Shown here piece after piece: positions 27,226 to 38,900 of a stretch of 64,000 nt of DNA. Location: the NCBI GenBank assembly GCA_964016885.1, contig OZ024742.1, forward strand, positions 348,254,001 to 348,318,000, given 5' to 3'. The notes under the pieces were generated by a model. The model saw nothing but the letters and a program-made list of their open reading frames with translations, ran no database searches and was not told the DNA's origin. Numbering within the stretch: position 1 is the first letter of the stretch; each line of letters begins with the position of its first letter. Origin of the DNA: Eledone cirrhosa (Eukaryota). The position numbers and the translations under genes are program-made.

Positions 27226-27289
27226 AGTACAGGAATGTCTTTGACTATGGGCCTTCCCTGTCTGAGCTTACCTGAGTGATAGCACAACT

Positions 27290-27888
27290 ATGATAACAAT
27301 GGTATCTAAACTTGGTAGAATGGTAGGGTTGTGGCATAGTGTGTTTAATTACATCTGTGTGACTGTATGGTAGTGACTGCAGAGGACATGTGGTGCTACA
27401 TGACAGTGAAACATGAGCTGTGACTGCAGAAGACATGTGATGCTACATGGTAGTGAAACATGGGCTGTGACTGCAGAGGACATGTGTAGATTGGAGACAA
27501 AATGAAGCAACCATGCTTTGTTGGATGTGTAATGTAAATGTGAGAGAAAGTCAAAGCTCAGATGAGCTGAGAGAGAAACTGGGTTTAAGGAGAATCTGAG
27601 ATGGTGTGCAGGACAGAAAACTGTGTTGGTATGGACATGTGATGTGCATGGACAATGACTGATGGATGAAGAAGTGGAAGGAAATCTTAGTGGAAGGAAA
27701 CCACAGTAGAGGATGAGCAAGAAAGACCTGGGCAGATGTTGTGAGAGTGGACCACAAATCGTTAAGACTGGCAGAGGCGATGAGGAAGGAATGTGACAAG
27801 TGGAAAGATTCTGTGCTGAGAAGGACCCATCCAATCCATACAAGCATGGAAAAACATATAAAAACGATGATGATGATAATGATGACGA
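27290..27888 (+). mobile_element. Degenerate RTE 3' fragment with a triplicated ~35-bp segment and (GAT)n tail
   Basis: tgctacatggtagtgaaacatgggctgtgactgcagagga repeated; tggtatggacatgtgatg (WYGHVM); tail catgga..gatgatgat. Confidence 0.7.
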
Positions 27889-27889
27889 T

Positions 27890-28215
27890 CGCCGCTGCGA
27901 TACTGGTTCCCGGCCAAGTGTTTTTTCATATTGTGGAACAGATGACAGTCAGATGGGGTCAACTCAGGAGAATAAGGAAGATGATCAACCAGTTCAAAGC
28001 CACAGCCACACACAGCAGCCATTGAAACTAATATCTTGTGTGCTGATGAAACAAAACCCTTTTGTCAATTTTCCTGGGCATTTGGTCTTGATAACCTTTT
28101 GCAACTACCTCAACAAGTTGGTATAGTACTCTCCATTGATGGTGAGACACTTTTGAAGAAAATAAACACGATTTTTGCATCCTATAAAACTGAGGGCATC
28201 AGTTTTTGTTGTTTT
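27890..28215 (-). mobile_element. Mariner/Tc1 transposase fragment
   Basis: FELVDHLPYSPELTPSDCHLFHNMKKHLAG matches the YSPDLAPSD motif; upstream TINGEYYTNLL. Confidence 0.85.
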
Positions 28216-29573
28216 GATTGGTGGTTTAGCTATGAGGAATGTTCTGGTATGTGCGATAGGTGGTGATGTGTGTATGTGTGTAGGGTGGGGGTGGGTGAGT
28301 ATAGTGATGTGGTGGTGGTGGGGAGTGGTGGTTGTTGTGAGTTGCAGGGGTGTGGTGTTGTGACTTATCATAGACATTTCAGCATGTGTGGTGGAGGTGC
28401 TGTGTGTGGTGTGGATGTGGTAGGGCTCTGCATGTTGGGACATGAAAGGGTGTGATGTTGTACTAGGGGTAGGGAGGTTTCTGCTGGTCATCAGTTTGTC
28501 ACAGTGAGTGGAAAGGAAGGAGGGGAGACATAAGAGAGGTAGGTTATACTAGGTTATGGTGGGGCTCATTTGTAAGCTGTTTAGACATCATTAAAGGGGA
28601 TATGTGCTATAAAGTTATGGTGTGAGATTAGTGTTTGAAAAGGTTGCTAAAAGACTGTGGGTAGAGGCAAGATACGGGTGCAGTGCATATTGTGTGAAAA
28701 GAATATAAAAAGGAATATAAATATACATGTGTACACACACACCCAGAGACATATGTGCATGCACGCACATCCACACATGCATCAATGTTAATATATACAC
28801 ACTCATGCATCACCCCACATACGCACACACAGAAGATATACGGAGCCACACTGACATTTATTACTAGATAGATTTGCTCGTGGAAGGGTATATGGAATGT
28901 CCATACTGGTCATCATGTACACCTGCACATGCACAACACGCCCACATACATATTATACATATGTTCGGAAACACAGTCACATGTACGCATCATACATGTG
29001 ACTGGGTCTTCGCATGTGCACACACTAACGAGAAATGTGTGCTCTTAGTCCGGGGGTTCACACACACACATATATATATGTATACACACACAAAACAGGC
29101 GTGGATGTACATGCATTAGCAGTGCATGTAGCTGCTATCATGTGGGATTAAATGGTGGTGGAAAAAATATTTTTTTTATAGTGTATGAAAAGGGTGAAAA
29201 TGTGCTTGAGTATTCTCTTAAATAACGGTGGTGAAATTAGTGATACAAAAGGAAGTGATGAAATCAATTGTGATAATGTGTAGGGTGATGGTGGTTTGTG
29301 TGTGCCTCAAGGGTATGTGGTATGTGTTGGTGTGGTTGAGAGTGATGGATACATGGTGATATGTTTAGTGGTAGGGGATATGATAAAGGATGCAATATAA
29401 TATTAACAAGAATAAAAATACAATTAACAAGGATAACAGTGATAATTGTTTCTACTTTTGGAACAAGGCCAGCAATTACCCAGTACATAACTGGTACTTT
29501 ATTTGATCGAATGAATGTAACAATGGTAAAGGGGATGATGTTAGAATTGTTGAGATATGAATAATAATAGTAG

Positions 29574-30720
29574 TTATGATGATGTTGTGTTTAGGTGGTT
29601 ATATTTTGTCTGTGGTTCCCGTCCAAATACCAAGGTGGATAATGTATGCTTCCTGGTGTGTCTGCAGTTTATTAGGATTTCCGATCTCAAATTAATGGCT
29701 GATTTTAATTTAATGATCTCAGCTGATTCAGCCAGGCACAATCTGCAGTGGCTTCCCCCGGTGGGAAGTTGGGCCACGCGTCTCCTAACGGACCATTTGA
29801 TCTGGTATTTCAGGTTCTTATCCTTGAGGTCCCAGATCAAATCTGCCAGTCTGGTTTGGGAGCGTTGGGGTGCTTGCTTGTGTTTGCGTATTTTGGTCCT
29901 GTTAGTGTATGCTATGGTGTCAGCTAGATTAGGTGTTTTGGAGAAGAGAATTTTACTGTGTGTCTGTTAAAGAACTTGTGGTATTTGTGTGAAGAAGATT
30001 GGTCGAGGGCCCTGATGAATGTTCCTCGTACATTGGTAGCAACGTGTATAGAGTACGTTGTACCATGTCACGGATCTGTTCCGGGCCTTATGACGTTTAG
30101 TGCGTTTGTGGGTGTGTTGTGGTCAGGTGTATTTGTCTTGGGTGCTCTGGTTTGGTTTGTACCATTTAATCTTCGGTCCCTATTAAAACGTATTTGTGTG
30201 CTAGGCTTCGAGTCGTTAGGTGGGTAGGAGGGTATGGCTTTACCTCCTTGGCAGTGGTATGTGTCATTGCCTGGCCTGTCAGCTAATGGTGGTCCTTACG
30301 CTGTAGTTACTCTATGGGGGACGTTCTTATCAATTTGTGGTGCTAAAGGCCTATGTAGATTGTGCAATGTTGTGCTGCTGGTCTGGTCGTTGTATGCTAT
30401 CTTCTCTTTATATCCAACCTTTTCTAGTGTGGAGTTATAGTATTCTGCGTGCTGGTTGAAGGTAGACCTCTTAGCCGATAGGGTGGACACACTGTTAGAA
30501 ACACTCTTAACTATAGAGTTAATAACGTTCCTAGGGTGGTTGGAGTGTCTATTAACATACATCAAGTTCTCAGGTTTATGGTACGGTCGGTACAAACCCG
30601 TGTCTAATTCTAATGTCACGTCTAAGAAATTAACTGTTGCGTTCTATTTTTACAGTCAGGCCGTGGGTCTTAAAGATGTGCCTAAGTCGTCATGTAGTCT
30701 TTGTAGTTGACTGTTGTTAA
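29574..30720 (-). mobile_element. Penelope-like element fragment (RT thumb and GIY-YIG endonuclease)
   Basis: FLDVTLELDTGLYRPYHKP..YVNRHSNHP (RT C-terminus); IWDLKDK..YQIKWS..CRLCLAE..INLRSEIL..CRH (endonuclease C-terminus). Confidence 0.85.
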
Positions 30721-30803
30721 ATCTGCGGGCCATGAGCATTGTTTCCTCGGTCCGATTTGACGAAAGTCGATCGACTAAAACAAAAAAATACATATATGTA
30801 TAC

Positions 30804-30840
<37 letters not shown>

Positions 30841-31884
30841 GTAAAAGGTGAACAGAAATAACAACACAATCGGTACAGTATATGGAAGGTATATATTAGG
30901 TTAACGCTTGATATAGCAGGAAGGGGGTCTTAACGTTTTGGGCGCTAGTCCTTCATCAGAAGAAAGAATGAGAAATAAAATAGATTGAGGGGACAGGTGG
31001 GATGGAATTGGAAAAAATGTCTTTAGATAAAAATAACAGGTCCATTCATGTTGACATCTCTTTGCGAGGTTTTTGATATGAAATCGTGTGTTGAAACAAA
31101 TATTGTTATACTTGGGGAGGGTTATATTGTTGCAATATTGCAGAAATAATAACAGAACACACTTACTGTTTGGTTGGTTTTCGCTTCTGTATCTTTTGAC
31201 TGACCAACGGTCAAAAATACAGATATAATATAGATATAAACACATATATATAGTCTAACAAAGTTCTTTCGTTGAACATCTGCAACATCATCAGTGGTAC
31301 AATTATGTTCCTCCTGTTGTATTGTATATCTACGCCATTTTTATTTTGTCTGTTTATTTATTTATTTTAGTCTTCTTCTCTGCGCATGCATTTGCGTGTG
31401 TGTATAGTGTTTGGTGTGTGTTCGCGTTTGGGTGACTGCGTTTCGGTTATTGTATTCTATCTTAGTTTACTAGTGTGCGTTTATATGTGTTTGTTGTTAT
31501 TGAGATTGTGTATATATTTATTTATTTATATTTCTCTTAAGTCAGTATTGTTTGTTTGGGTGTTGTTGTTATTCCATTCATTTTTTCTGTTTACCTTTGG
31601 CCTTCTAAGATCTATTTCGCTTGCCTCTCTGATTTGCCTATCTGATGTTGCAGATGTGCAACGAAAGAACTTTGTTAGACTATATATATGTGTTTATATC
31701 TATATTCTATCTGTATTTTTGACCGTTGGTCAGTCAATGGTTACCATTGAGGACCGAATGAATTAACTCTGGAGATATAAAAGATACAAAAGCGAAAACC
31801 AACTAAACAGTGAGTGTGTTCTGTTATTATTTCTGGCAATATTATTACAACAATATGACCCTCTCCAAGTATAACAATATATAT

Positions 31885-32191
31885 GGAGGCACTTGGCTTA
31901 GTGGTTAGAGCATTGGCCTTGCAATCGAAAGGTTGTGAGTTCAATTCTCAGACCGAGTGATGTGTTGTTTCCTTGAGCAAGACACTTTATTTCACATTGC
32001 TCCAGTTTATTCAGCTGTAGAAATGACTGGGGTCCCTATAATTCCACTGTAAAGTGGACGTGTAGGTGCCACGGGAAAAAAAAAAATGAGGTTGGTGTTA
32101 GGAAGGGCATCCAGCTGTAGAAATCAAGCCAGAATCAGTTCCCGTCCCACCCTTGCAAGCAGGAAAAAAGCGGACATAAAATGAAATGATG
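31885..32191 (+). mobile_element. tRNA-derived SINE with an RTE-derived 3' tail
   Basis: A-box tggcttagtggt, B-box gagttcaattc; tail gaggttggtgttaggaagggcatccagctgtagaaatcaagccag matches the 3'UTR of the RTE at about 2937-2982. Confidence 0.8.
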
Positions 32192-32221
32192 TATATATAT
32201 ATGTATATATATCCTAAATAA

Positions 32222-32447
32222 ATGAGGTCGTGTAGATGTTACAACAAAAAAAAATACACAGTCCACACTGTAATGTGGGCGTGAGGTAACATGGTAAAAA
32301 CCTCCCAGTCCATACTGTAAACATGGTTGGTGTTAGGAAGGGCATCCAGCCGTAGAAAACCTGCCAGACAGTCCTATATGAGCAAGACAACCAATGTTGC
32401 CTCAAGTGGGACATGCTAGCGTGGAAGATAGACGATGATGATGATGA
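32222..32447 (+). mobile_element. RTE 3'UTR fragment with (GAT)n tail
   Basis: Reverse complement of about 33480-33750. Confidence 0.7.
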
Positions 32448-32613
32448 TATATATGTATATATATGTATATAGGAAAAGAGTTAGGACCCTGACGGCTGTT
32501 TTGACAGCTAGATCTGAACGGCGGGAATCTAGCTGAACTTATCAAGGGGTACAGTCCATATATGGGCATGCAGTCAAAGCAAAAATAGCAAACATATCTA
32601 AGAAAATCCTATA

Positions 32614-32666
<53 letters not shown>

Positions 32667-32816
32667 ATGTATGTATATATGTATATATATACATATATAT
32701 TTTTCAAATCCACTGTCAATAAAGACACAGGATTTTTTTCATTCTAATGAATGAAAGCAATTTTGGTTGCTTTCAAGAAACCACTGGTAAATGAAATAAT
32801 TATCTTATATATATAG

Positions 32817-33037
32817 TTTACTCAGCTGTAGAAATGAGATGATAGGGACTGGGGTCCATATCATTCCACTGCAAAGTGGTCGTGGAGGTGCCACGGCAAA
32901 AAAACACCCACCACTCACGGTAAATGAGGTTGGTGTTAGGAAGGGCATCCAGCTGTAGAAATCAAGCCAGAATCAGTTCCCGTCCCACCCTTGCAAGCAG
33001 GGAAAAGTGGACGTAAAATGAAATGATGAAAAAATGA

Positions 33038-33041
<4 letters not shown>
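32817..33041 (+). mobile_element. Headless copy of the same SINE
   Basis: ctcagctgtagaaatgag...ttggtgttaggaagggcatcc...gtggacgtaaaatga. Confidence 0.75.
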
Positions 33042-33079
<38 letters not shown>

Positions 33080-33457
33080 GTATGTCGTATATGTCAACTA
33101 TAAAATTAATTAGTATTTCCAGTAGTGGTAACCTCTTATACTCTGTAATCAGGTAATGATATTTCCATGGATATTATATTTCAAGAGCACAGAAAGATAC
33201 AATTGATTAAAACTAATTTCCGTCATTTCCAAACTGTCGTATTGTTCCACAATTCCATCCTGTCCTCTCTCCATTCTCTCATCTTTCATCTGTCATCTTG
33301 TCTTTTCTTTTTTAATTTATCTTGTGCAATGTACACATTGACATAAATGATAGATTGAATTAATGATTGCTATTTGCAAGCTCTGAGATATATAAACACA
33401 CACACACACACACACAAACACACAGACACACAGCTATATATGTATATATATAATGTA

Positions 33458-34345
33458 TCATCATCATCATCATCATCATCATCTTCGTTTAACGTTCATC
33501 TTCCACGCTAGCATGGGTTAGATGGGAGTTGTCGCACTTGAAGCAAGGTTGGTCGGGTGACCGTGTCTCGCTCATATAGGACTATCTGGCAGGTTTTCTA
33601 CAGCTGGATGCCCTTCCTAACACCAACCACATTTACAGTGTGGAACTGGGAACTTTTTACCGTGTTACCTACACGGCCACATTACAGCGTGGACTGTGTG
33701 TGTTTTCTCGTGACACCTACACGATCTCGATCTCGATCTCATTTATCTCATTTAATACGGACAGGATGTTGTGGTACCAACTTTACAGTTAGTGGGAGGA
33801 TAGGGGTAGTGGATTGGGGTGTATATTTGGTTAAGAGGTGCAAGTGTGTGAGGTCGGAATTTATCGAATCATCCCAAGTTTTTCTGGGTCTACCTACTCC
33901 GTAACTTCCATTAATTTTGATCGTCCTGCACTTTTTTATACAGCTGTCATCTTTCATGCGCATCACGTGACCATACCAGCGTAGTCTTCTCTCGAGTAAA
34001 CAGCATATGATCCCTCTTATTCCTAATTTCTCCCTTAGTTCATTTATGCTTTACGGTTCATGTGTATTACTATTACACATCCAACTCTGCACACAATGCC
34101 CAAGTCTCACTGCCATGTAACATCACTGTTCGTATGCAGGCATCATACAGTCTGCCTTTCATTTTTAGAGAGAACCCTTTAGCGGCCAATAGTGGTATAA
34201 ACTCTCTGAACTTTTTCCATCCCGTTCTGACTCTAGCTACTGTATTTTCAGAACACCCTCCACCACTGCTGATTTTGTCACCCAGGTAACGGAAGGTATC
34301 CACTATTTCTATAGAACCATCTGAGCAATGGAATGAGCTAGCGTC
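33458..34345 (-). mobile_element. RTE 3' fragment related to 2818-4617
   Basis: YLGDKISSGGG..RVRTGWKKFRE..MLHGSETW; MRMKDDSCIKKC..GRPRKTW; (CAT)n tail at 33458-33483. Confidence 0.85.
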
Positions 34346-34559
34346 TACGGCTGGATGCCCCTCCTAACACCAACCACACTGTAAACGTGGAGATTTTACC
34401 GTGTTACCTACACGGCCACATTACAGCGTGGACTGTGTGTTTTTTTGTTGTGACACCTACACGACCTCATTTGTTTCGGGCTGGATGTTGTGGTACCAAC
34501 ATAGCTATCTGTCTGTATATACACACACATATCTGTGTGTACACGTACTAGTGCCACTA

Positions 34560-34826
34560 CATCATCATCATCATTTTACGTCCACTTTTCCCTGCTTGCA
34601 AGGGTGGGACGGGAACTGATTCTGGCTTGATTTCTACAGCGGGATGCCCTTCCTAACACCAATCTCATTTACAGTGAGTGCTGGGTGATTCTTGCCGTGG
34701 CACCTACACAACCACTTTGCAGTGGAATGATAGGGACACCAGTCCCTATCATCTCATTTCTACAGCTGAGTAACACAACCTTTCGATTGCAAGGCCAATG
34801 CTCTAACCACTAAGCCATGTGCCTCC
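34560..34826 (-). mobile_element. tRNA-SINE copy, internally deleted, inverted relative to the 31885 and 32817 copies
   Basis: Head gcctcc..taagcca..gctctaaccac at 34790-34826; RTE-type tail at 34560-34700; 11-bp hairpin at 34727-34752. Confidence 0.8.
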
Positions 34827-35051
34827 ATATAGTTTATATTGCTATTAAACTCCATTTATTGTATAAATGTCCAAAGTTATCTGCCAATCAGTGATGGAAA
34901 GATCTAATTATCGGTTATTTCGTTAATGGAACTGAATATTAGGTTATCTTTGAGTAAATTACCTTTGAGACTTTCTCCTCACGTTGCTCTCACTTCCTGC
35001 TTATTACTTCCAATTCCTCTCATTGATGATAATGGTAAATAGGAGAAATAT

Positions 35052-35525
35052 CTCCACCACCATTCCACCACCTCCACCTCCACCACCATTCCACCACCAC
35101 CACTTCCACCTCTCCACCACCACTACCTCTCCACCACCACCACCACCACCACCACCACCGCCACCGCCACCACCACCATTCCACCACCACCACTTCCACC
35201 TCTCCACCACCACTACCTCTCCACCACCACCACCACCACCACCACCAACACCACTACCTCTCCACCACCACCACCATTCCACCACTTCCGCCTCTCCACC
35301 ACCATCTCTCCACCACCACCACCTCCACTCCACCTCCACTGCTTCTCCACCACCACCACAACTACCTCTCCACCACTACCACCACCACCACAACTACCTC
35401 TCTGATGGTGGTTATGATGGTGATGGTGGTGATGATGATGGTGATGGTGGTGATGATGGTGGTGGTGATGATGGTGATGGTGATGATGATGTTGGTGGTG
35501 ATGATGATGATGGTGATGATGGTGT
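35052..35525. repeat. (CCA)n-rich tract followed by a (GAT/GGT)n tract
   Basis: Direct inspection; the poly-Pro/His/Gly ORFs are artefacts. Confidence 0.9.
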
Positions 35526-35710
35526 ATGCGCGCACATATGTTTTTTTTAACAATGTACCTATCATTAAAACTTCCAAGATACCCCATAAGAGGCCAGCTC
35601 AACCTACATTAGTGTGAGCTGTAAATTTCATTAAAAAATATTTTCTTTTTAGCAACCAATTTAATGCTAAACAGTTTACATGTAAATAAATGTATATATT
35701 TTACTTTCAG

Positions 35711-35773
35711 CCTCACAGCCGTGTGGTTACTGTTGAAATCAAAGTATTACTCGGACTTAATCATCCAAATGTT
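35711..35773 (+). CDS. CAMK4: CaMK4-like kinase, exon B (alphaC helix and HPN motif)
   Basis: ttttactttcAG| ... |GTaagt; 63 nt, phase 0/0. PHSRVVTVEIKVLLGLNHPNV resembles CaMK4 VDKKIVRTEIGVLLRLSHPNI (recalled). Confidence 0.9.
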
Positions 35774-35939
35774 GTAAGTACCTCACTAGTTTTTTACTAT
35801 CTGCTGCTCATTAAATATATTCACACACACACCAGCCTGTGGTCCACAGATGTGCTGTCACCTCTCTCTGCTATTTCTACTGTAACTATAATGGCCTCGG
35901 CTCCTCGGAAATGGTTAGTTTTGTCCTGATTCACACAAG

Positions 35940-38900
35940 TGTTGGTAGTAATAGTGGTTTGATGGTTGTGGTGGTTTGGTGGTGTGATGGTGGTGGTGGT
36001 TTGGTGGTGTGATGGTGGTGGTTTGGTGGTGTGATGGTGGTGGTGGTGTGGTGGTGTGATGGTAGTGACAGTGGTGGTGGTGGTGTGATGGTAGTAACAG
36101 TGGTGTTGGTGGTGTGGTGGTGTGATGGTAGTGACAGTGGTGGTGGTGTGCTGGTGTGATGGTAGTGACAGTGGTGGTGGTGTGGTGGTGGTGTGATGGT
36201 AGTGGCAGTGGTGGTGGTGGTGTGGTGGTGTGATGGTAGTGACAGTGGTTGTGTGGTGGTGGTGTGATGGTAGTAACAGTGGTGGTGGTGGTGTGGTGGT
36301 GTGATGGTAGTGACAGTGGTGGTGGTGTGGTGGTGTGATGGTAGTGACAGTGGTGGTGGTGTGGTGGTGGTGACAGTGGTGGTGGTGTGGTGGTGTGATG
36401 GTAGTGGCAGTGGTGGTGGTGGTGTGATGGTACTAACAGTGGTGGTGGTGGTGTGGTAGTGTGATGGTAGTGACAGTGGTTGTGTGGTGGTGGTGTGATG
36501 GTAGTAACAGTGGTGGTGGTGGTGTGGTGGTGTGATGGTAGTGACAGTGGTTGTGTGGTGGTGGTGTGATGGTAGTAACAGTGGTGGTGGTGGTGTGGTG
36601 GTGTGATGGTAGTAACAGTGGTGGTGGTGGTGTGATGGTAGTAACAGTGGTGGTGGTGGTGGTGTGGTTGTGTGATGGTAGTAACAGTGGTGGTGGTGTG
36701 GTGGTGTGATGGTAGTGACAGTGGTGGTGGTGTGGTGGTGTGATGGTAGTGACAGTGGTGGTGGTGGTGTGATGGTAGTAACAGTGGTGGTGGTGGTGTG
36801 GTGGTGTGATGGTAGTAACAGTGGTGGTGGTGGTGGTGTGGTGGTGTGATGGTAGTAACAGTGGTGGTGGCGGTGGTGTGGTGGTGTGATGGTAGTAACA
36901 GTGGTTGTGTGGTGGTGTGGTGGTGTGAAGGTAGTAACAGTGGTGATGGTGGTGGTAGTGACAGTGGTGGTGTGGTGGTGTGGTTGTGTGGTGGTGTCGG
37001 TGGTGTGATGGTAGGGACAGTGGTGGTGGTGGTGTGGTAGTGTGATGGTAATAATGGTTGTGGTGGTGGTGTGGTGGTGTGATATTAGTAACAGTGGTGG
37101 TGGTGGTGTGGTAGTGTGATGGTAGTAACAGTGGTGGTGGTGGTGTGGTAGTGTGATGGTAGTAATGGTTGTGGTGGTGGTGTGGTAGTGTGATGGTAGT
37201 AATGGTTGTGGTGGTGGTGTGGTAGTGTGATGGTAGTAACAGTGGTGGTGGTGGTGTGGTGGTGTGATGGTAGTAACAATGGTGGTGGTGTGATGGTAGT
37301 AACAGTGGTGGTGGTGGTGTGGTGGTATGATGGTAGTAACAGTGGTGGTGTGGTGGTGTGATGGTAGTAACAGTGGTGGTGGTGGTGGTGTGGTAGTGTG
37401 ATGGTAGTAACAGTGGTGGTGGTGGTGTGGTGGTAGTAACAGTGGTTGTGTGGTGGTGTGATGGTAGTAACAGTGGTGGTGGTGGTGTGGTAGTGTGATG
37501 GTAGTAACAATGGTGGTGGTGGTGTGGTGGTGTGATGGTAGTAACAGTGGTGGTGGTGGTGTGGTGGTAGTAACAGTGGTTGTGTGGTGGTGTGATGGTA
37601 GTAACAGTGGTGGTGGTGGTGTGGTAGTGTGATGGTAGTAACAGTGGTGGTGTGGTAGTGTGATGGTAGTAACAGTGGTGGTGTGGTAGTGTGATGGTGG
37701 TGGTGGTGTGGTGGTTAGATGGTAGTAACAGTGGTGTGATGGTGGTGGTGGTTTGGTGGTGTGATGGTTGTGGTGGTTTGGTGGTGTGATGGTAGTAACA
37801 GTGGTGGTGGTGTGGTGGTGTGATGGTAGTGACAGTGGTGGTGGTGTGGTGGTGTGATGGTAGTGACAGTGGTGGTGGTGGTGTGATGGTAGTAACAGTG
37901 GTGGTGGTGGTGTGGTGGTGTGATGGTAGTAACAGTGGTGGTGGCGGTGGTGTGGTGGTGTGATGGTAGTAACAGTGGTGGTGGCGGTGGTGTGGTGGTG
38001 TGATGGTAGTAACAGTGGTTGTGTGGTGGTGTGGTGGTGTGAAGGTAGTAACAGTGGTGATGGTGGTGGTAGTGACAGTGGTGGTGTGGTGGTGTGGTTG
38101 TGTGGTGGTGTCGGTGGTGTGATGGTAGGGACAGTGGTGGTGGTGGTGTGGTAGTGTGATGGTAATAATGGTTGTGGTGGTGGTGTGGTGGTGTGATGGT
38201 AGTAACAGTGGTGGTGGTGGTGTGGTAGTGTGATGGTAGTAACAGTGGTGGTGTGGTAGTGTGATGGTGGTGGTGGTGTGGTGGTTAGATGGTAGTAACA
38301 GTGGTGTGATGGTGGTGGTGGTTTGGTGGTGTGATGGTTGTGGTGGTTTGGTGGTGTGATGGTGGTGGTTTGGTGGTGTGATGGTGGTGGTTTGGTGGTG
38401 TGATGGTGGTGGTTTGGTGGTGTGATGGTGGTGGTGGTTTGGTGGTGTGATGGTATGGTGGTGGTGGTTTGGTGGTGTGATGGTAGTAACAGTGGTGGTT
38501 TGGTGGTGTGATGGTAGTAACAGTGGTGGTGGTTTGGTGGTGTGATGGTAGTAACAATGGTGGTGGTGGTTTGGTGGTGTGATGGTATGGTGGTGGTGGT
38601 TTGGTGGTGTGATGGTAGTAACAGTGGTGGTGGTGGTTTGGTGGTGTGATGGTAGTAACAGTGGTGATGGTGGTTTGGTGGTGTGATGGTATGGTGGTGG
38701 TGGTTTGGTGGTGTGATGGTAGTAACAGTGGTGGTGGTGGTTTGGTGGTGTGATGGTAGTAACAGTGGTGGTGGTGGTTTGGTGGTGTGATGGTAGTAAC
38801 AGTGGTGGTGGTGGTTTGGTGGTGTGATGGTAGTAACAGTGGTGATGGTGGTTTGGTGGTGTGATGGTATGGTGGTGGTGGTTTGGTGGTTTGATGGTAG

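Noticed and set aside
28470-28500. Hammerhead-like CTGATGA-CCAGCA-GAAAC on the minus strand
   Set aside because: No stem II and no stem I/III pairing could be built.
31885-31965. tRNA gene
   Set aside because: A and B boxes are present, but there is no complete cloverleaf or acceptor stem and it continues into a SINE body.
34984-35617. Poly-Pro/His/Gly/Asp proteins
   Set aside because: Trinucleotide low-complexity tracts.
35690-35929. 79-aa ORF as a standalone gene
   Set aside because: Only 35711-35773 is kinase-like and bounded by splice sites; the rest is intron read-through.
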